A DNA stretch of 64,000 nucleotides from Patescibacteria group bacterium UBA4787 (GCA_002402995.1 DHGX01000003.1:82309-146308); one strand, 5' to 3'; shown: positions 53,058-63,600, counted from the stretch's first letter. The notes: a model not told the origin generated them from the sequence alone. Translations and numbers: made by a program.

Positions 53058-53429
53058 TTACGCTTTCCAGGCCCATTTGAAGGCCCGGCCGATGAATTTG
53101 AGGATGAATTTGAGGATGATCCACGCCATTTTGGCGATTCCGACGATGACCAGTATCGCGGATGCGACCACAGTAGCTGCCAATACGATTGGCCAAAGAG
53201 CCCTGAGGGGCATATTGTCGAAGTCTTTTGTTCCGCCGTTTTTGTAGACGTTTAATTTGACGTTTTCGTAGGTGTTTAAAAATTTCTCGCGATCCCACTC
53301 CAATTTTTCTACTACTTCGGTCGCAGCCAAGAGTAGGGCACCCAGTCTTTTAGCGATGCTGCCCAATATCACATAAAGGAACAGGGCAACTAGACCGAGC
53401 AAGATGTACAGGGCGATCGTGGCGATCAT
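53058..53429 (-). CDS. Hypothetical small membrane protein (123 aa).
   Basis: Two hydrophobic segments. Followed on its own strand by the conserved ggacacag terminator. Confidence 0.45.
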   Translation of the reverse strand: MIATIALYILLGLVALFLYVILGSIAKRLGALLLAATEVVEKLEWDREKFLNTYENVKLNVYKNGGTKDFDNMPLRALWPIVLAATVVASAILVIVGIAKMAWIILKFILKFIGRAFKWAWKA

Positions 53430-53464
53430 AGAGGTATCTCCTTTGATAATTATTAATGTTGATA

Positions 53465-53695
53465 TTACTTTCGAACCGGTTCGATTTTGCGACGAATGGC
53501 GGTAAATATGGATTTTACTTTTCGCGGGATCGCCAGGAAGAGATTAGCTACAATGACGATTCCAACGGCAATGCCACCCATGATATAAATGGAAACCACG
53601 GCGCATATAATCACGAGAACGGCGAACAGTATGAAGAAAAAAACGAGGGTAATAACGCCAATGACAGAAATGAAAGCCGCTATGACATCCAACAT
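53465..53695 (-). CDS. Hypothetical small membrane protein (76 aa).
   Basis: Two predicted TM helices, in tandem with the previous gene. Confidence 0.4.
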   Translation of the reverse strand: MLDVIAAFISVIGVITLVFFFILFAVLVIICAVVSIYIMGGIAVGIVIVANLFLAIPRKVKSIFTAIRRKIEPVRK

Positions 53696-53799
53696 AGAAT
53701 TTCTCCTTTTGTCTTTTTGTTATTAAAGATCAATTTGATATGGTAAACTTTATAGGTTTTTGGTGAAAAAGTCAAGGCTTTAAACTTTTCCACAAGCAA

Positions 53800-53826
53800 T
53801 TAGCACTCGCACTTGACGAGTGCTAA
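53800..53826 (+). promoter_or_regulatory. CIRCE operator (TTAGCACTC-N9-GAGTGCTAA), the HrcA binding site.
   Basis: Exact match to the CIRCE consensus inverted repeat with a 9-nt spacer, upstream of hrcA. Confidence 0.9.
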
Positions 53827-53969
53827 TTATTGTTTTACAATTATATATCGTATGAAGCGCGCGCGTAGCTTGTAGTATTGACGAGGTTTTGGTTTGCGAG
53901 TTTTACGCTTCAAGAATTTAATAACTTTATTCTTAACTCTAAATTTTACTTTCTACTTTCTAAATTCTA

Positions 53970-54674
53970 ATGTTGACTCAACGACAAGAAAAGATTTTAA
54001 ATTTAATTATTGAAGAATATATTCGGACCAGCCAGCCGGTTGGCTCGGAGTTTTTGGCTAAACGCTTAGGCAAGATTTCGCCGGCCACTATTAGAAATGA
54101 AATGACGGCTTTAACTCAAGATAATTTTTTAGTTCAGCCCCATACTTCGGCCGGACGCGTTCCTTCAGAATCGGCCTATCGCTATTATTTAGATCATTTG
54201 AAAATCAAAGAGAGGCCGTCGCCGGAAATTAATTTTTGGAAAAATCTTTTATCAAAAAACAAACACGAATCAAAAGATTTAGTTTTAAAAAAAATAGCCA
54301 AAGAAATGGCGAACGCGACCGAAGAGGCAATTTTGCTCGCTTTTGACAAAAATGATTATTATTATACCGGATTCACCTTTCTTTTCGGCCAGCCGGAATT
54401 CGCCGATCTTAAATTAATCCATCGGTTTTCCGAAGTCATTGATCGAGCTGATGAAGTTTGGGGAGAATTTTTGCCTTCCATAAACCGCAAAGAACTGCAG
54501 ATATTTTTGGGAGAAGCCTGTCCTTTCGGCCGGGCATGCAGTTTAATTACTGTTCCCACGGATTTCATTGGCAATCGGCAGACAGTTATTAGTTTATTAG
54601 GTCCGATGCGAATGAATTACAATAAGAATATTGCCTTGATGAGAAATTTGAAGGAAATGTTAAATAAAATATAA
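53970..54674 (+). CDS. hrcA: Heat-inducible transcription repressor HrcA.
   Basis: N-terminal winged-helix region LTQRQEKILNLIIEEYIRTSQPVGSEFLAKRLGKISPATIRNEM, adjacent to CIRCE and grpE. Confidence 0.85.
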   Translation: MLTQRQEKILNLIIEEYIRTSQPVGSEFLAKRLGKISPATIRNEMTALTQDNFLVQPHTSAGRVPSESAYRYYLDHLKIKERPSPEINFWKNLLSKNKHESKDLVLKKIAKEMANATEEAILLAFDKNDYYYTGFTFLFGQPEFADLKLIHRFSEVIDRADEVWGEFLPSINRKELQIFLGEACPFGRACSLITVPTDFIGNRQTVISLLGPMRMNYNKNIALMRNLKEMLNKI

Positions 54675-54678
54675 ATAA

Positions 54679-55194
54679 ATGCCAGACAAAAAAAATCAAA
54701 ATCAAACAACTTCAAACGATGAAAACGAGAAAGAGCCCCTTGATTTAACAACCGAAGAATTAAAACGCCAAGCCGAAGAATATTTAAACGGATGGAAACG
54801 CGCTAAAGCCGATTATCTTAATTTGCAAAGGGAAATGGCGCGTGAAAAATTGGAATGGATTGAGTTCAGCAATTTTAATTTCGTCCAAAAATTATTGCCG
54901 GTTTTGGACAGTTTTCAAATGTTAATGCCGCACATTGACCAAGAAAGCGAGGCGGGTAAGGGTTTGTTGCTGGTCGGCCAGCAAATAAAAAATTTCTTGA
55001 AAGAAATAGGCTTAGAAAAAATAAAAACCATAGGAGAAAAATTTGATCCATCAAGACACGAGGCAATTGAAAAAAGAGTGAGCGAAGAAGGTGAAACAGA
55101 AGAAAACAACAATTCAATCGTTAAAGAAGAAATAATGGCTGGTTATTTATTGAACGGCAAATTAATCAGGCCGGCAAAAGTAATCATTGAATAA
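54679..55194 (+). CDS. grpE: Nucleotide exchange factor GrpE.
   Basis: GrpE coiled-coil and beta-domain motifs (KRAKADYLNLQREMAREK, FDPSRHEAI). Confidence 0.85.
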   Translation: MPDKKNQNQTTSNDENEKEPLDLTTEELKRQAEEYLNGWKRAKADYLNLQREMAREKLEWIEFSNFNFVQKLLPVLDSFQMLMPHIDQESEAGKGLLLVGQQIKNFLKEIGLEKIKTIGEKFDPSRHEAIEKRVSEEGETEENNNSIVKEEIMAGYLLNGKLIRPAKVIIE

Positions 55195-55216
55195 GTAATT
55201 AAGTAAATATAAAAAT

Positions 55217-55675
55217 ATGAATCCATTAATTCCTTGGCGCGGCGGATATGTTGATCCGTGGGACGAATTCCATCGTCTCATAAAATGGCCAGATATGGAG
55301 AATGAATTTAAAGAATTAAAATCAACGGATCTTATTCCGGCGCTTGATGTTTACGAAGATAAAGACAAATTAGTTATAGAAAGCCCTATTACCGGCATTG
55401 ATCCAGAGAAGGTTGATGTTTCCATCGAAAACGATGTTTTAACAATCAAAGGTGAAAGCGAAAAGAAAACCGAAGTGGACGAAAAGAATTATTATCGCAA
55501 AGAGGCCAGGTACGGCTCTTTCTATCGCGCGATGAAATTGCCGGTGCATGTCATAGGCGATAAGGCAACCGCTTCTTACGCTGATGGGCTTTTGAAGATT
55601 GAAGTTCCGAAAGCGGCTCCAAAAGTTTTACCCAAAATCAAGGTTCAAGTTAAAAAAGGGAATAAACCCCGTTAG
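55217..55675 (+). CDS. Hsp20/alpha-crystallin family small heat-shock protein.
   Basis: Alpha-crystallin domain PALDVYEDKDKLVIESPITGIDPEKVDVSIENDVLTIKGE. Confidence 0.85.
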   Translation: MNPLIPWRGGYVDPWDEFHRLIKWPDMENEFKELKSTDLIPALDVYEDKDKLVIESPITGIDPEKVDVSIENDVLTIKGESEKKTEVDEKNYYRKEARYGSFYRAMKLPVHVIGDKATASYADGLLKIEVPKAAPKVLPKIKVQVKKGNKPR

Positions 55676-55785
55676 AAACTGTTATGTGGTATGTTTATAT
55701 TTTATTTAGTAAAAAGACAACTCATTAGTATATTGGCTCGACCAAAGATTTGAGAAAAAGAATTTAAATAAAACAAAAATATATG

Positions 55786-55927
55786 CCAGGTAGTGAAAAT
55801 TCGATAGTGCTTTTGCTTCATTCCATTGCCCGGTCTCATCATTAATAAAATAACCAATTCTTTGCTTCCAGCGTGTTTCTTAATAATCACACTTTAAGAA
55901 GCATCGAATTTCTACTACCTGGTATGG
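55786..55927 (+). repeat. Inverted-repeat bracket element, copy 4, in the dnaK leader. Its right end reads ggtATGgcaaaataa, which is a 3-codon ORF.
   Basis: Left end ATGCCAGGTAGTGAAAATTCGAT, right end ATCGAATTTCTACTACCTGGTATG. Confidence 0.75.
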
Positions 55928-55991
55928 CAAAATAATAGGTATCAATAGTTTAAAGAACAATGTGTAATTAAATAATTATAATAATAAAAGT

Positions 55992-57869
55992 ATGGCAAAA
56001 ATTATAGGTATTGACCTTGGCACTTCTAATTCAGCCGCGGCTTATATGGAAGCCGGTCGGCCAAAAATGATTCCTTCGGCCGAAGGCACCACGCTTGTCG
56101 GCGGCAAAGCTTTTCCGTCTTACGTGGCTTTTACTTCGGACGGACAACTTTTGGTCGGTGAACCGGCCAGACGCCAGTTAGTGGCTAACCCACAAGGCAC
56201 GGTTTACGCGGCTAAGCGTAAAATGGGCACGGATTACAAATTTCCGGTTCTTGATAAAGAATACACGCCACAGCAAATTTCAGCTTTTATTTTGCAAAAG
56301 ATAAAAAAAGACGCTGAATTATATTTGGGCGACAAGGTTGAGAAAGCGGTTATTACCGTTCCGGCTTATTTTAACGACGCGCAGCGCCAAGCGACTAAAG
56401 ACGCGGGCGCGATTGCCGGTTTGGAAGTTATCCGCATTATCAATGAACCTACGGCCGCGGCTTTAGCTTACGGCTTGGATAAAACCAAAGACAAAGATCA
56501 GCAAGTTTTAGTTTTTGATTTGGGCGGCGGTACTCTGGACGTGACGATTATGAATTTCGGCCAGGGCGTTTTTGAAGTTATATCCACTTCTGGCGATACC
56601 CAACTCGGCGGCACGGATATGGATAATGTTTTAATTGATTATATCGCTGTTGAATTTAAAAATCAGAACGGCATCGATTTAAGAAACGACAAAATGGCTA
56701 TTCAGAGAATTAAAGAAGCCGCGGAAAAAGCCAAAATTGAATTATCATCCACTATGGAAACAGAAATTAATCTTCCTTTTGTCACGGCCGACGCGCAGGG
56801 ACCAAAACATCTTTTATTGAAAATCACCCGCGCTAAATTAGAAGAATTGGTTCAACCGATAGTTAATCGCTGCCGCGGTCCTTTGGATCAAGCTTTAACC
56901 GACGCTAAAATTACGCCAAAGGATATTGAAAAAGCAATTTTAGTCGGCGGTCCGACGCGCATGCCTATAATTCAGAAATTTATTGAAAGTTATTTCGGTC
57001 CAAAAATTGAAAGAGGCATAGATCCGATGGAATGCGTGGCCATGGGCGCGGCCGTTCAAGGTGCGATTTTAGGCGGCGAGAGCGAAGTTAAAGATGTTTT
57101 GCTTTTGGATGTTACGCCTTTGACTTTAGGCATTGAAACTTTAGGCGGAGTAATGACGCCGTTAATTGATCGCAACGCCACTATTCCGACATCTAAATCG
57201 CAGACGTTTTCCACGGCTGCCGACAGCCAGACTTCGGTGGAAATTCATGTTTTACAGGGCGAGCGTCCGATGGCCAGCGACAACCGCACTTTGGGCAGAT
57301 TTCTTTTAGACGGCATTCCGCCGGCGCCGCGCGGCATTCCTCAAGTTGAAGTAATTTTTGACATTGACGCAAACGGCATTTTAAGCGTAACCGCTAAAGA
57401 TAAGGCCACTAACCGTTCGCAGAATATTGTGATTAAGGATTCTACGGCTTTGTCCAAAGAAGAAATTGAACAAATGAAAAAACAAGCAGAACAATTCGCT
57501 AACGAAGATCGCCAAAGACGCGAATTGATTGATTCGCGCAATCAGGCTGATACTTTAATTTATACCTGCGAGAAAACCATAAAAGATTTCGCGGATAAAA
57601 TTAAACCGGAAGATAAAAAAGCGATTGAAGACAAAGTCGCCGAACTCAAAAAATTAAAAGACGGAAACGATGGCGACGCGCTTAAGAAGGGTATGCAGGA
57701 ATTAAGCGATGTGGTTCAAAAAATCGGCGCGGAATTATATAAGGCCGCCGGTCCGACAGCCCAACCCGGACAACCGGGCCAAGCCGGTCCAGCGCAAGAA
57801 CCGCCAAAAGAAGAGAAAAAATCAGATGAAGGTCCGATAGAAGGGGAATATAAAGAAACAGAAAAATAA
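55992..57869 (+). CDS. dnaK: Molecular chaperone DnaK (Hsp70).
   Basis: Full-length Hsp70 with [21 protein letters not shown] and so on. Confidence 0.95.
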   Translation: MAKIIGIDLGTSNSAAAYMEAGRPKMIPSAEGTTLVGGKAFPSYVAFTSDGQLLVGEPARRQLVANPQGTVYAAKRKMGTDYKFPVLDKEYTPQQISAFILQKIKKDAELYLGDKVEKAVITVPAYFNDAQRQATKDAGAIAGLEVIRIINEPTAAALAYGLDKTKDKDQQVLVFDLGGGTLDVTIMNFGQGVFEVISTSGDTQLGGTDMDNVLIDYIAVEFKNQNGIDLRNDKMAIQRIKEAAEKAKIELSSTMETEINLPFVTADAQGPKHLLLKITRAKLEELVQPIVNRCRGPLDQALTDAKITPKDIEKAILVGGPTRMPIIQKFIESYFGPKIERGIDPMECVAMGAAVQGAILGGESEVKDVLLLDVTPLTLGIETLGGVMTPLIDRNATIPTSKSQTFSTAADSQTSVEIHVLQGERPMASDNRTLGRFLLDGIPPAPRGIPQVEVIFDIDANGILSVTAKDKATNRSQNIVIKDSTALSKEEIEQMKKQAEQFANEDRQRRELIDSRNQADTLIYTCEKTIKDFADKIKPEDKKAIEDKVAELKKLKDGNDGDALKKGMQELSDVVQKIGAELYKAAGPTAQPGQPGQAGPAQEPPKEEKKSDEGPIEGEYKETEK

Positions 57870-57976
57870 AGGGTATAACTCCGTGATATCCGCGCTCGCT
57901 CGGAAATAAAAAACAAAGTTTTTTACTTCTCTCGCTCGCTTGATAATAAATTTAATTTTATCGCATTGTTAATGTT

Positions 57977-59071
57977 ATGAACAAAACAGTCAAAGCTCTA
58001 ATTTTGGTCGCGGCGGGCTTAGTTGTAAGTATTTTATTTTGGCGGCAAACATTTTTACTCTTCAGTCCCCAGACCACCAACTTTCTGAATTGTTTAATCG
58101 GTTTCGGCGTTTTATTTATCATTTTCTTGGCGGTGCAAGGGTTAATAATGGTGATAGTTCGTAATCGTTTATTCGTGTATTTAGAATTTTTACTCTCAGG
58201 CGCGTCGGTAATTTTATTTTTTCATTTTTCGTTAATCTATATTTGCGCTTTAGTAATATTTTTTGTTTGTTTCGTTCTTGGTTATGAGCTGGTTAATCTG
58301 GAGGCCAAAAAATATGTCAAAGTGTTTTTTAACCGCATTATGAAAAGAGGGATGTTGTTTATGATTCTTGCTTTATCTTTATCGCTCAGCTTCGTTTTTT
58401 ATTTGAACGATCCTCTAATGAGCTCACAACAAGATCAAAAAATTGTCATACCTGACAACTTCATTAAAATTGTTCCCCCGTCTTTGCTCGGCGGTATTTT
58501 CGGCAAAATGGTTCCTTTGTATCAGCCCGGTATGACCGTGGATGAATTTATTTCCGCTTCTTTGCTTCAGCAAGGCCTTAGTTCGACTGGAAAAAATCAA
58601 ATTAATTCGCAAGCGGTTCCGCCAGAGATATTGAATCAGATTAAAAAAATAACCGGCAATGACAATTTGGACATAAATATCCTTTTGAAGAACGAACAAG
58701 TTAAAAAATTGTTGGAAGGAGAGCTTTCCAAACAACTTCAGGGTCCCGCTTCCGCTATGCTAACCGAACAGAAAAAAGCGCTGAGCAAGCAATTTGGTTT
58801 TGAAATTAACGGCCAAGACAAAATAGAAAACGTTTTGTCTAAATTTGCCGCCGCTAAATTAAACGCCATTTTGTCTCCTTTATTAGGAACGCACCAAAAA
58901 GAGCTCTCTATTCTTTTGGCTGTCATTTTCTTTTTGGTTGTTTTCAGTATTTTTGCCACAATTGCTTTTCTCGGTATTTGGGTGGCGAAGATTTTATTTT
59001 CGTTTTTGCGGTTAATCAGTTTTGTGAAAATCGAAAAAGCCCAAAAAGAAGTAGAAGAATTAAGTTTATAA
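57977..59071 (+). CDS. Hypothetical polytopic membrane protein inserted between dnaK and dnaJ.
   Basis: Multiple TM helices. No recognised domain. Confidence 0.5.
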   Translation: MNKTVKALILVAAGLVVSILFWRQTFLLFSPQTTNFLNCLIGFGVLFIIFLAVQGLIMVIVRNRLFVYLEFLLSGASVILFFHFSLIYICALVIFFVCFVLGYELVNLEAKKYVKVFFNRIMKRGMLFMILALSLSLSFVFYLNDPLMSSQQDQKIVIPDNFIKIVPPSLLGGIFGKMVPLYQPGMTVDEFISASLLQQGLSSTGKNQINSQAVPPEILNQIKKITGNDNLDINILLKNEQVKKLLEGELSKQLQGPASAMLTEQKKALSKQFGFEINGQDKIENVLSKFAAAKLNAILSPLLGTHQKELSILLAVIFFLVVFSIFATIAFLGIWVAKILFSFLRLISFVKIEKAQKEVEELSL

Positions 59072-59074
59072 TAA

Positions 59075-60211
59075 ATGGCCAAAGATTATTACCAAAGTTT
59101 GGGTGTTGATAAAAAAGCTTCCGCTGATGAAATCAAGCGGGTTTTTCGCGATTTAGCGCAAAAATATCATCCGGATAAACCTGGCGGAGACGCGCGAAAA
59201 TTTAAGGAAATTAATGAGGCCTATCAAATTCTTTCTGATCCTGCCAAGCGCGCCCAATACGATCAATACGGCAACGCTTTTGAACAAGCGCGATCGCAAG
59301 GACAATCGGGTTTTGATAATTTCAACGAATGGATGAACTATCGTTCAGCCGGAGGTTTCGGCGGCGATCAAGGATTTTCTTTTAACTTCGGCGGGGACGA
59401 ATTTGATCTCGGTGATATTTTTGGCGATATTTTCGGTTTCGGAGGCGGAGCCGCATCCAGAACCGGCAAATCTTCAAGGCGAAGAAAGGGCAGCGACTTG
59501 GAGATCGTTTTAAATTTAGAATTTAAAGAAGCAATTTTCGGCGCGGAAAAAGAAATAAGCGTTGAGCGTTATGAAAAATGCAGAAATTGCGACGGGAGCG
59601 GCGCTGATCCGCACGGTAAAATTATTACTTGCCCGACCTGTAAAGGCGCCGGCCAAGTAATGACCATTAAAAGAACTTTCTTGGGACAAATGCAAAGCGT
59701 GGCTACTTGCCCTGACTGCCATGGCGAGGGCAAAAAAGCGGAAAAGTCCTGCAAAGAGTGCCGCGGCGACGGACGGATTAAAACAAAAGAAAAATTAACG
59801 GTTAAAATTCCGGCCGGCATCGACGATAAGCAGGCGATTCGTTTAAGCGGCAAGGGCAATGTCGGTCAAAAAGGAGGCGTGAGCGGTGATTTATATGTTA
59901 TTGTGCGCGTGGCGCAAGATAAATATTTTACCCGCGAAGAAAATAATTTATATTCCGAACAAGAAATTTCTATCAGCCAGGCGGTTTTAGGCGATCAAAT
60001 TAAAGTTAAAACCATTGATGGCGAGGTCGTTTTAAAAATTCCAGCTGGCACGACATCAGGCTCAGTTTTTAAGTTGCGCGAAAAAGGCGTGCCGTATTTG
60101 GACAGCCGCGAGCGAGGCGATCATTTGGTGACCGTTAACATTAATATTCCCAAACATCTTAATCACAAACAAAAAGAATTATTGGAAGAGCTCAAGAAAA
60201 TAGGGATGTAG
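59075..60211 (+). CDS. dnaJ: Molecular chaperone DnaJ.
   Basis: J domain with HPD (KYHPDK), a G/F-rich region, and four CxxCxGxG zinc-finger repeats. Confidence 0.92.
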   Translation: MAKDYYQSLGVDKKASADEIKRVFRDLAQKYHPDKPGGDARKFKEINEAYQILSDPAKRAQYDQYGNAFEQARSQGQSGFDNFNEWMNYRSAGGFGGDQGFSFNFGGDEFDLGDIFGDIFGFGGGAASRTGKSSRRRKGSDLEIVLNLEFKEAIFGAEKEISVERYEKCRNCDGSGADPHGKIITCPTCKGAGQVMTIKRTFLGQMQSVATCPDCHGEGKKAEKSCKECRGDGRIKTKEKLTVKIPAGIDDKQAIRLSGKGNVGQKGGVSGDLYVIVRVAQDKYFTREENNLYSEQEISISQAVLGDQIKVKTIDGEVVLKIPAGTTSGSVFKLREKGVPYLDSRERGDHLVTVNINIPKHLNHKQKELLEELKKIGM

Positions 60212-60226
60212 ATTAAATATAGAATT

Positions 60227-60280
60227 TAGCCCTGCACCACGTGGGGTGCTGGGCTACCCCGAACCCGGCGTGGTTCGGGG
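60227..60280. repeat. REP-like double-hairpin element, copy 3 (inverted), acting as the dnaJ 3' hairpin region.
   Basis: Reads tagccctgcaccacgtggggtgctgggcta + ccccgaacccggcgtggttcgggg. Confidence 0.8.
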
Positions 60281-60424
60281 TAGAAAATAGAATTTTTTGA
60301 TTTGACATTTTCGTTAAAATCTATTACCGTTTAACATAGATCATTACAATTCCTGTTTAATTCTTCGCAAACAGCGAAGGATTATTTAACAGGACAAATA
60401 ACAAACCAAAAGGAGGAACTGCTC

Positions 60425-61168
60425 ATGAAAAATCATGAGACTGTCCTTATCCCGAGCGTTGGTCAGTTGCTCGAGCTTTCGGCCGCTGTGTTAAAACAGC
60501 TGCCGAAAGATTTACTCCCCGAGGAAGCGCAATACTGGATTGGCCATCAGAGCAGGTTAGGCGAAGTTTTACGGCAGGCGCTAAAAATCAGCTCGCAGGA
60601 TGATCTTTACTGGGGTGGTCTTGGTCTCTCGAACCATCGGTGGTTCCTTACCCGTGAAGTCCAGCTCTCCCGTTTAATCCAGCTCGGGTATCCCGAAGCC
60701 GCTGGCATGACCAAAGAAGCGTTCACCAAACTCATTCCGATTCCCGAGGACAAGGAGGGCGCGCTCTTGGTCGTCCCAGCCAATATCATTTCCATCGACA
60801 AGCAGATGAAACTGATCGGTGGCAGGAATAACCTTAATCTCAACAGCCTCAAGGACACCGTGTTAACACACGATACGCCTTACTGGATTTACGGCGTGGA
60901 AAACGGCAAGAAGATGTTGGGCAAATCACCCGACACCTGCGTTCAGGACTTCGCCAAACAACGTCGCGGTTTAACCGCGGTCGAAGGATCCAATCTCATC
61001 GCTCAATACCCAGACGTCTTGAAAGATCACTATATTGATCTTCCGGGCTCTCGGTCTGGTGCGGACCGCGTGCCTTGCCTCTTCCTCTACTTTGGCAGGC
61101 CCAGGCTGTGCTGCAATTTATCCGGCTATGCCAACTCCAACTATGGTTCTGCTTCCTGCCTACGCTAA
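60425..61168 (+). CDS. Hypothetical protein in a GC-rich island, possibly horizontally acquired.
   Basis: Strong RBS aaaggaggaa. Coding region visibly about 50% GC or higher. Its 3' end overlaps a 33-nt tandem repeat. A strong terminator follows at 61264-61301. Confidence 0.55.
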   Translation: MKNHETVLIPSVGQLLELSAAVLKQLPKDLLPEEAQYWIGHQSRLGEVLRQALKISSQDDLYWGGLGLSNHRWFLTREVQLSRLIQLGYPEAAGMTKEAFTKLIPIPEDKEGALLVVPANIISIDKQMKLIGGRNNLNLNSLKDTVLTHDTPYWIYGVENGKKMLGKSPDTCVQDFAKQRRGLTAVEGSNLIAQYPDVLKDHYIDLPGSRSGADRVPCLFLYFGRPRLCCNLSGYANSNYGSASCLR

Positions 61169-61651
61169 AGCTTCGGCAAGGCAAGCCTGCCTACGCTAAA
61201 GCTTCGGCAAGGCAGGCTTGTGGGAGTTAAGGAAATTTGGTTTTTGGCCTTTGGAAAATTGGAAAAGCCCCAACACAAAAAGTGTTGGGGCTTCTTTTTT
61301 TCTGAATTCGGCGTATTATGAAAATTAGGTTAATGCATCCTAAATCATAGTTTAGCCATAATTTATGAGCGAGGACGTCAAACAAAAGTCTTCTTTTGAT
61401 TTGACTCCGAACGAAGAAATTTCAAGCTTCGCTTATAATTTTGAACATGATTTGGCCTTGTTTTGAATTAAAGGTTTGCTATAATTGGTGAGCGGAGGAA
61501 CAGGCAAAAAGAATTTTTGTCTGATTCCGTAGCGAGCCAATTTCACTCGCGAAGCGAGTATAATAAAAACACCAATCTACGCTTTTATTTTTTTGTTTAT
61601 TTTTATTCGCAATTCTACATTCTATCTTCTAATTTCTAATTTCTACATGGT

Positions 61652-62206
61652 ATGCCCATTGATACTAATCTGGTAAACGAGGCTTTAAACAAGGGAACCG
61701 AGGGCATTAACACGGTTTCCCAACAGGTCAATAAAATCAATTGGTCAGCACCCACCTGGGATTTGTTTATTTTTGTTTTTTTTGTCGCCTTAGTTTTCCT
61801 TTTTATTTTTTCCCTTAATCGCGATAAAATTTTTATCACTATTTTAGGCGTTTATATTATCATCGGCTTATTGAATTTGGTGCCGATTTTGCGAGATTGG
61901 TATTTCAAAGAGGACAATGTATTTTTCGTCTGGAAAATTGTTTTATTTTTAGCATTGACCGCTTCTTTCAGCGCGCTTTTAGGCCGAGTGGTTAGTTTGC
62001 AGCTAAGAGGCGGAGTGGTGTTCTTTGTTATTCTAAGTATTCTTCAGGCGGGATTGCTTCTTAGTTTAATATTATCTTTTGTGCCCTTGGATATTGTAAA
62101 ATATTTAAGCAAATTTACTCAAAACGTATTTTTATCGGATTTCGGCAAATTAGGTTGGGATATTTTGCCGATCCTCGGTGTTTTATTTATTCGGAAAAAG
62201 ATTTAA
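61652..62206 (+). CDS. Hypothetical membrane protein.
   Basis: Four or five hydrophobic helices. Preceded by the TTCTA-type upstream motif. Confidence 0.5.
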   Translation: MPIDTNLVNEALNKGTEGINTVSQQVNKINWSAPTWDLFIFVFFVALVFLFIFSLNRDKIFITILGVYIIIGLLNLVPILRDWYFKEDNVFFVWKIVLFLALTASFSALLGRVVSLQLRGGVVFFVILSILQAGLLLSLILSFVPLDIVKYLSKFTQNVFLSDFGKLGWDILPILGVLFIRKKI

Positions 62207-62250
62207 CCAATAATTTTGATTTTTACATTTTGATTTTTTAATTTATTTTA

Positions 62251-63480
62251 ATGTCGCCTTTTAATATCAGTATTAATTTATCCGCTGTTTCCGATTTTTT
62301 TTCTACCTTATTCAACTTAAACCCCATACAGGTTGTTTTATTATTTTTGGTTTACGGCGGCTGGATAATTGTTTTGATTTTTCTGTGGCATCCACTGGAA
62401 GAATTTTGGCTTAAATATATTCAAGGAAAGTTTTCCGAGAAACAAAGATTTATCTTATTGTCTATTTCCGTGCCAAAAAATAACGAACAAGGACCGGAGG
62501 CAGTAGAAAGATTATTTTCTAATATGTCGGGAATCGGTTCCAAGCCTAATTGGTATGACAAATATGTTGAGGGGAAATTTCAGCTATCGATGTCTTTTGA
62601 ATTGATCAGCGTGGGTGGACAGATTCAATATTTGATTCATACGCCGGTTCAATGGCGGAGCATGATTGAATCAGCCATTTACGCTTCTTATCCGGACGCG
62701 GAAGTGAAAGAAATAGACGATTATACAAAAAATGGGCCAGAAGAATTTCCTTCTACCGAATGGCGGATGAAAGGCGCGGATTTAATTTTATACGCGCCTA
62801 ATCCTTATCCGATTAGGACTTATCCGGCTTTTGAACATCCTTTAACCGGCGAAATTAAAGATCCCTTGGCGCATTTATTAGAATTTTTAACCACCCTAAC
62901 CACTGGAGAGCAGTTTTGGCTTCAGATTATTGCTAAGCCAACCGGTTCTTCTTGGAAAAAAGAAGGCGAAGCGTTGGTAACCGAATTAATGGCCAAAAAA
63001 CAGGCCAAGAAAGTGACGAGCGAGGACGAAGGAGCCACTTTTATTCAGATGTCTCCTGGTCAACGCCGGATTGTTGATTCCATTGAAATGAAGATCGCCA
63101 AAACTGGTTTCGATGTCAAAATCAGATTTATTTATTTAGCCAAGGCAGAAGTTTTTAATCCGGGTAAAGGCGTAGCGGGTTTTCTGGGCGCGCTTAATCA
63201 GTTTAATACATTAGATATGAATGGGTTTAAAACGCACAATAGCTTTAAGGTAGGAACGTATTATATTTTTAAAAAACACAGGACTAATAAAATCAGTAAT
63301 AGAATTTTGAGCGCCTATCGAGAACGAAGCAGTTGGCAGGGCGGTCCAACCTGCGTTTTAAACATTGAAGAGCTGGCCAGTATTTACCATTTTCCGGTTA
63401 TCACCGTCGGAGCGCCTTTAATTAAGAAGACGAGCAGCAAAAAAGCCGAACCCCCGTTTAATTTACCGAGAGCCAGTTAA
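62251..63480 (+). CDS. Hypothetical protein with an N-terminal TM anchor.
   Basis: 409-aa ORF. No P-loop or other recognisable motif. Confidence 0.5.
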   Translation: MSPFNISINLSAVSDFFSTLFNLNPIQVVLLFLVYGGWIIVLIFLWHPLEEFWLKYIQGKFSEKQRFILLSISVPKNNEQGPEAVERLFSNMSGIGSKPNWYDKYVEGKFQLSMSFELISVGGQIQYLIHTPVQWRSMIESAIYASYPDAEVKEIDDYTKNGPEEFPSTEWRMKGADLILYAPNPYPIRTYPAFEHPLTGEIKDPLAHLLEFLTTLTTGEQFWLQIIAKPTGSSWKKEGEALVTELMAKKQAKKVTSEDEGATFIQMSPGQRRIVDSIEMKIAKTGFDVKIRFIYLAKAEVFNPGKGVAGFLGALNQFNTLDMNGFKTHNSFKVGTYYIFKKHRTNKISNRILSAYRERSSWQGGPTCVLNIEELASIYHFPVITVGAPLIKKTSSKKAEPPFNLPRAS

Positions 63481-63600
63481 AATCTTGAAACTTGAAGCGC
63501 GAAGCGCAAAGTGAAAAGTGCAAAGCGAAAACCGTAAAACTCAAAAGTTCAGGTCAATTTTCAATTTCCAATTATCAATTTGAGCTTTAAATTATTATCC

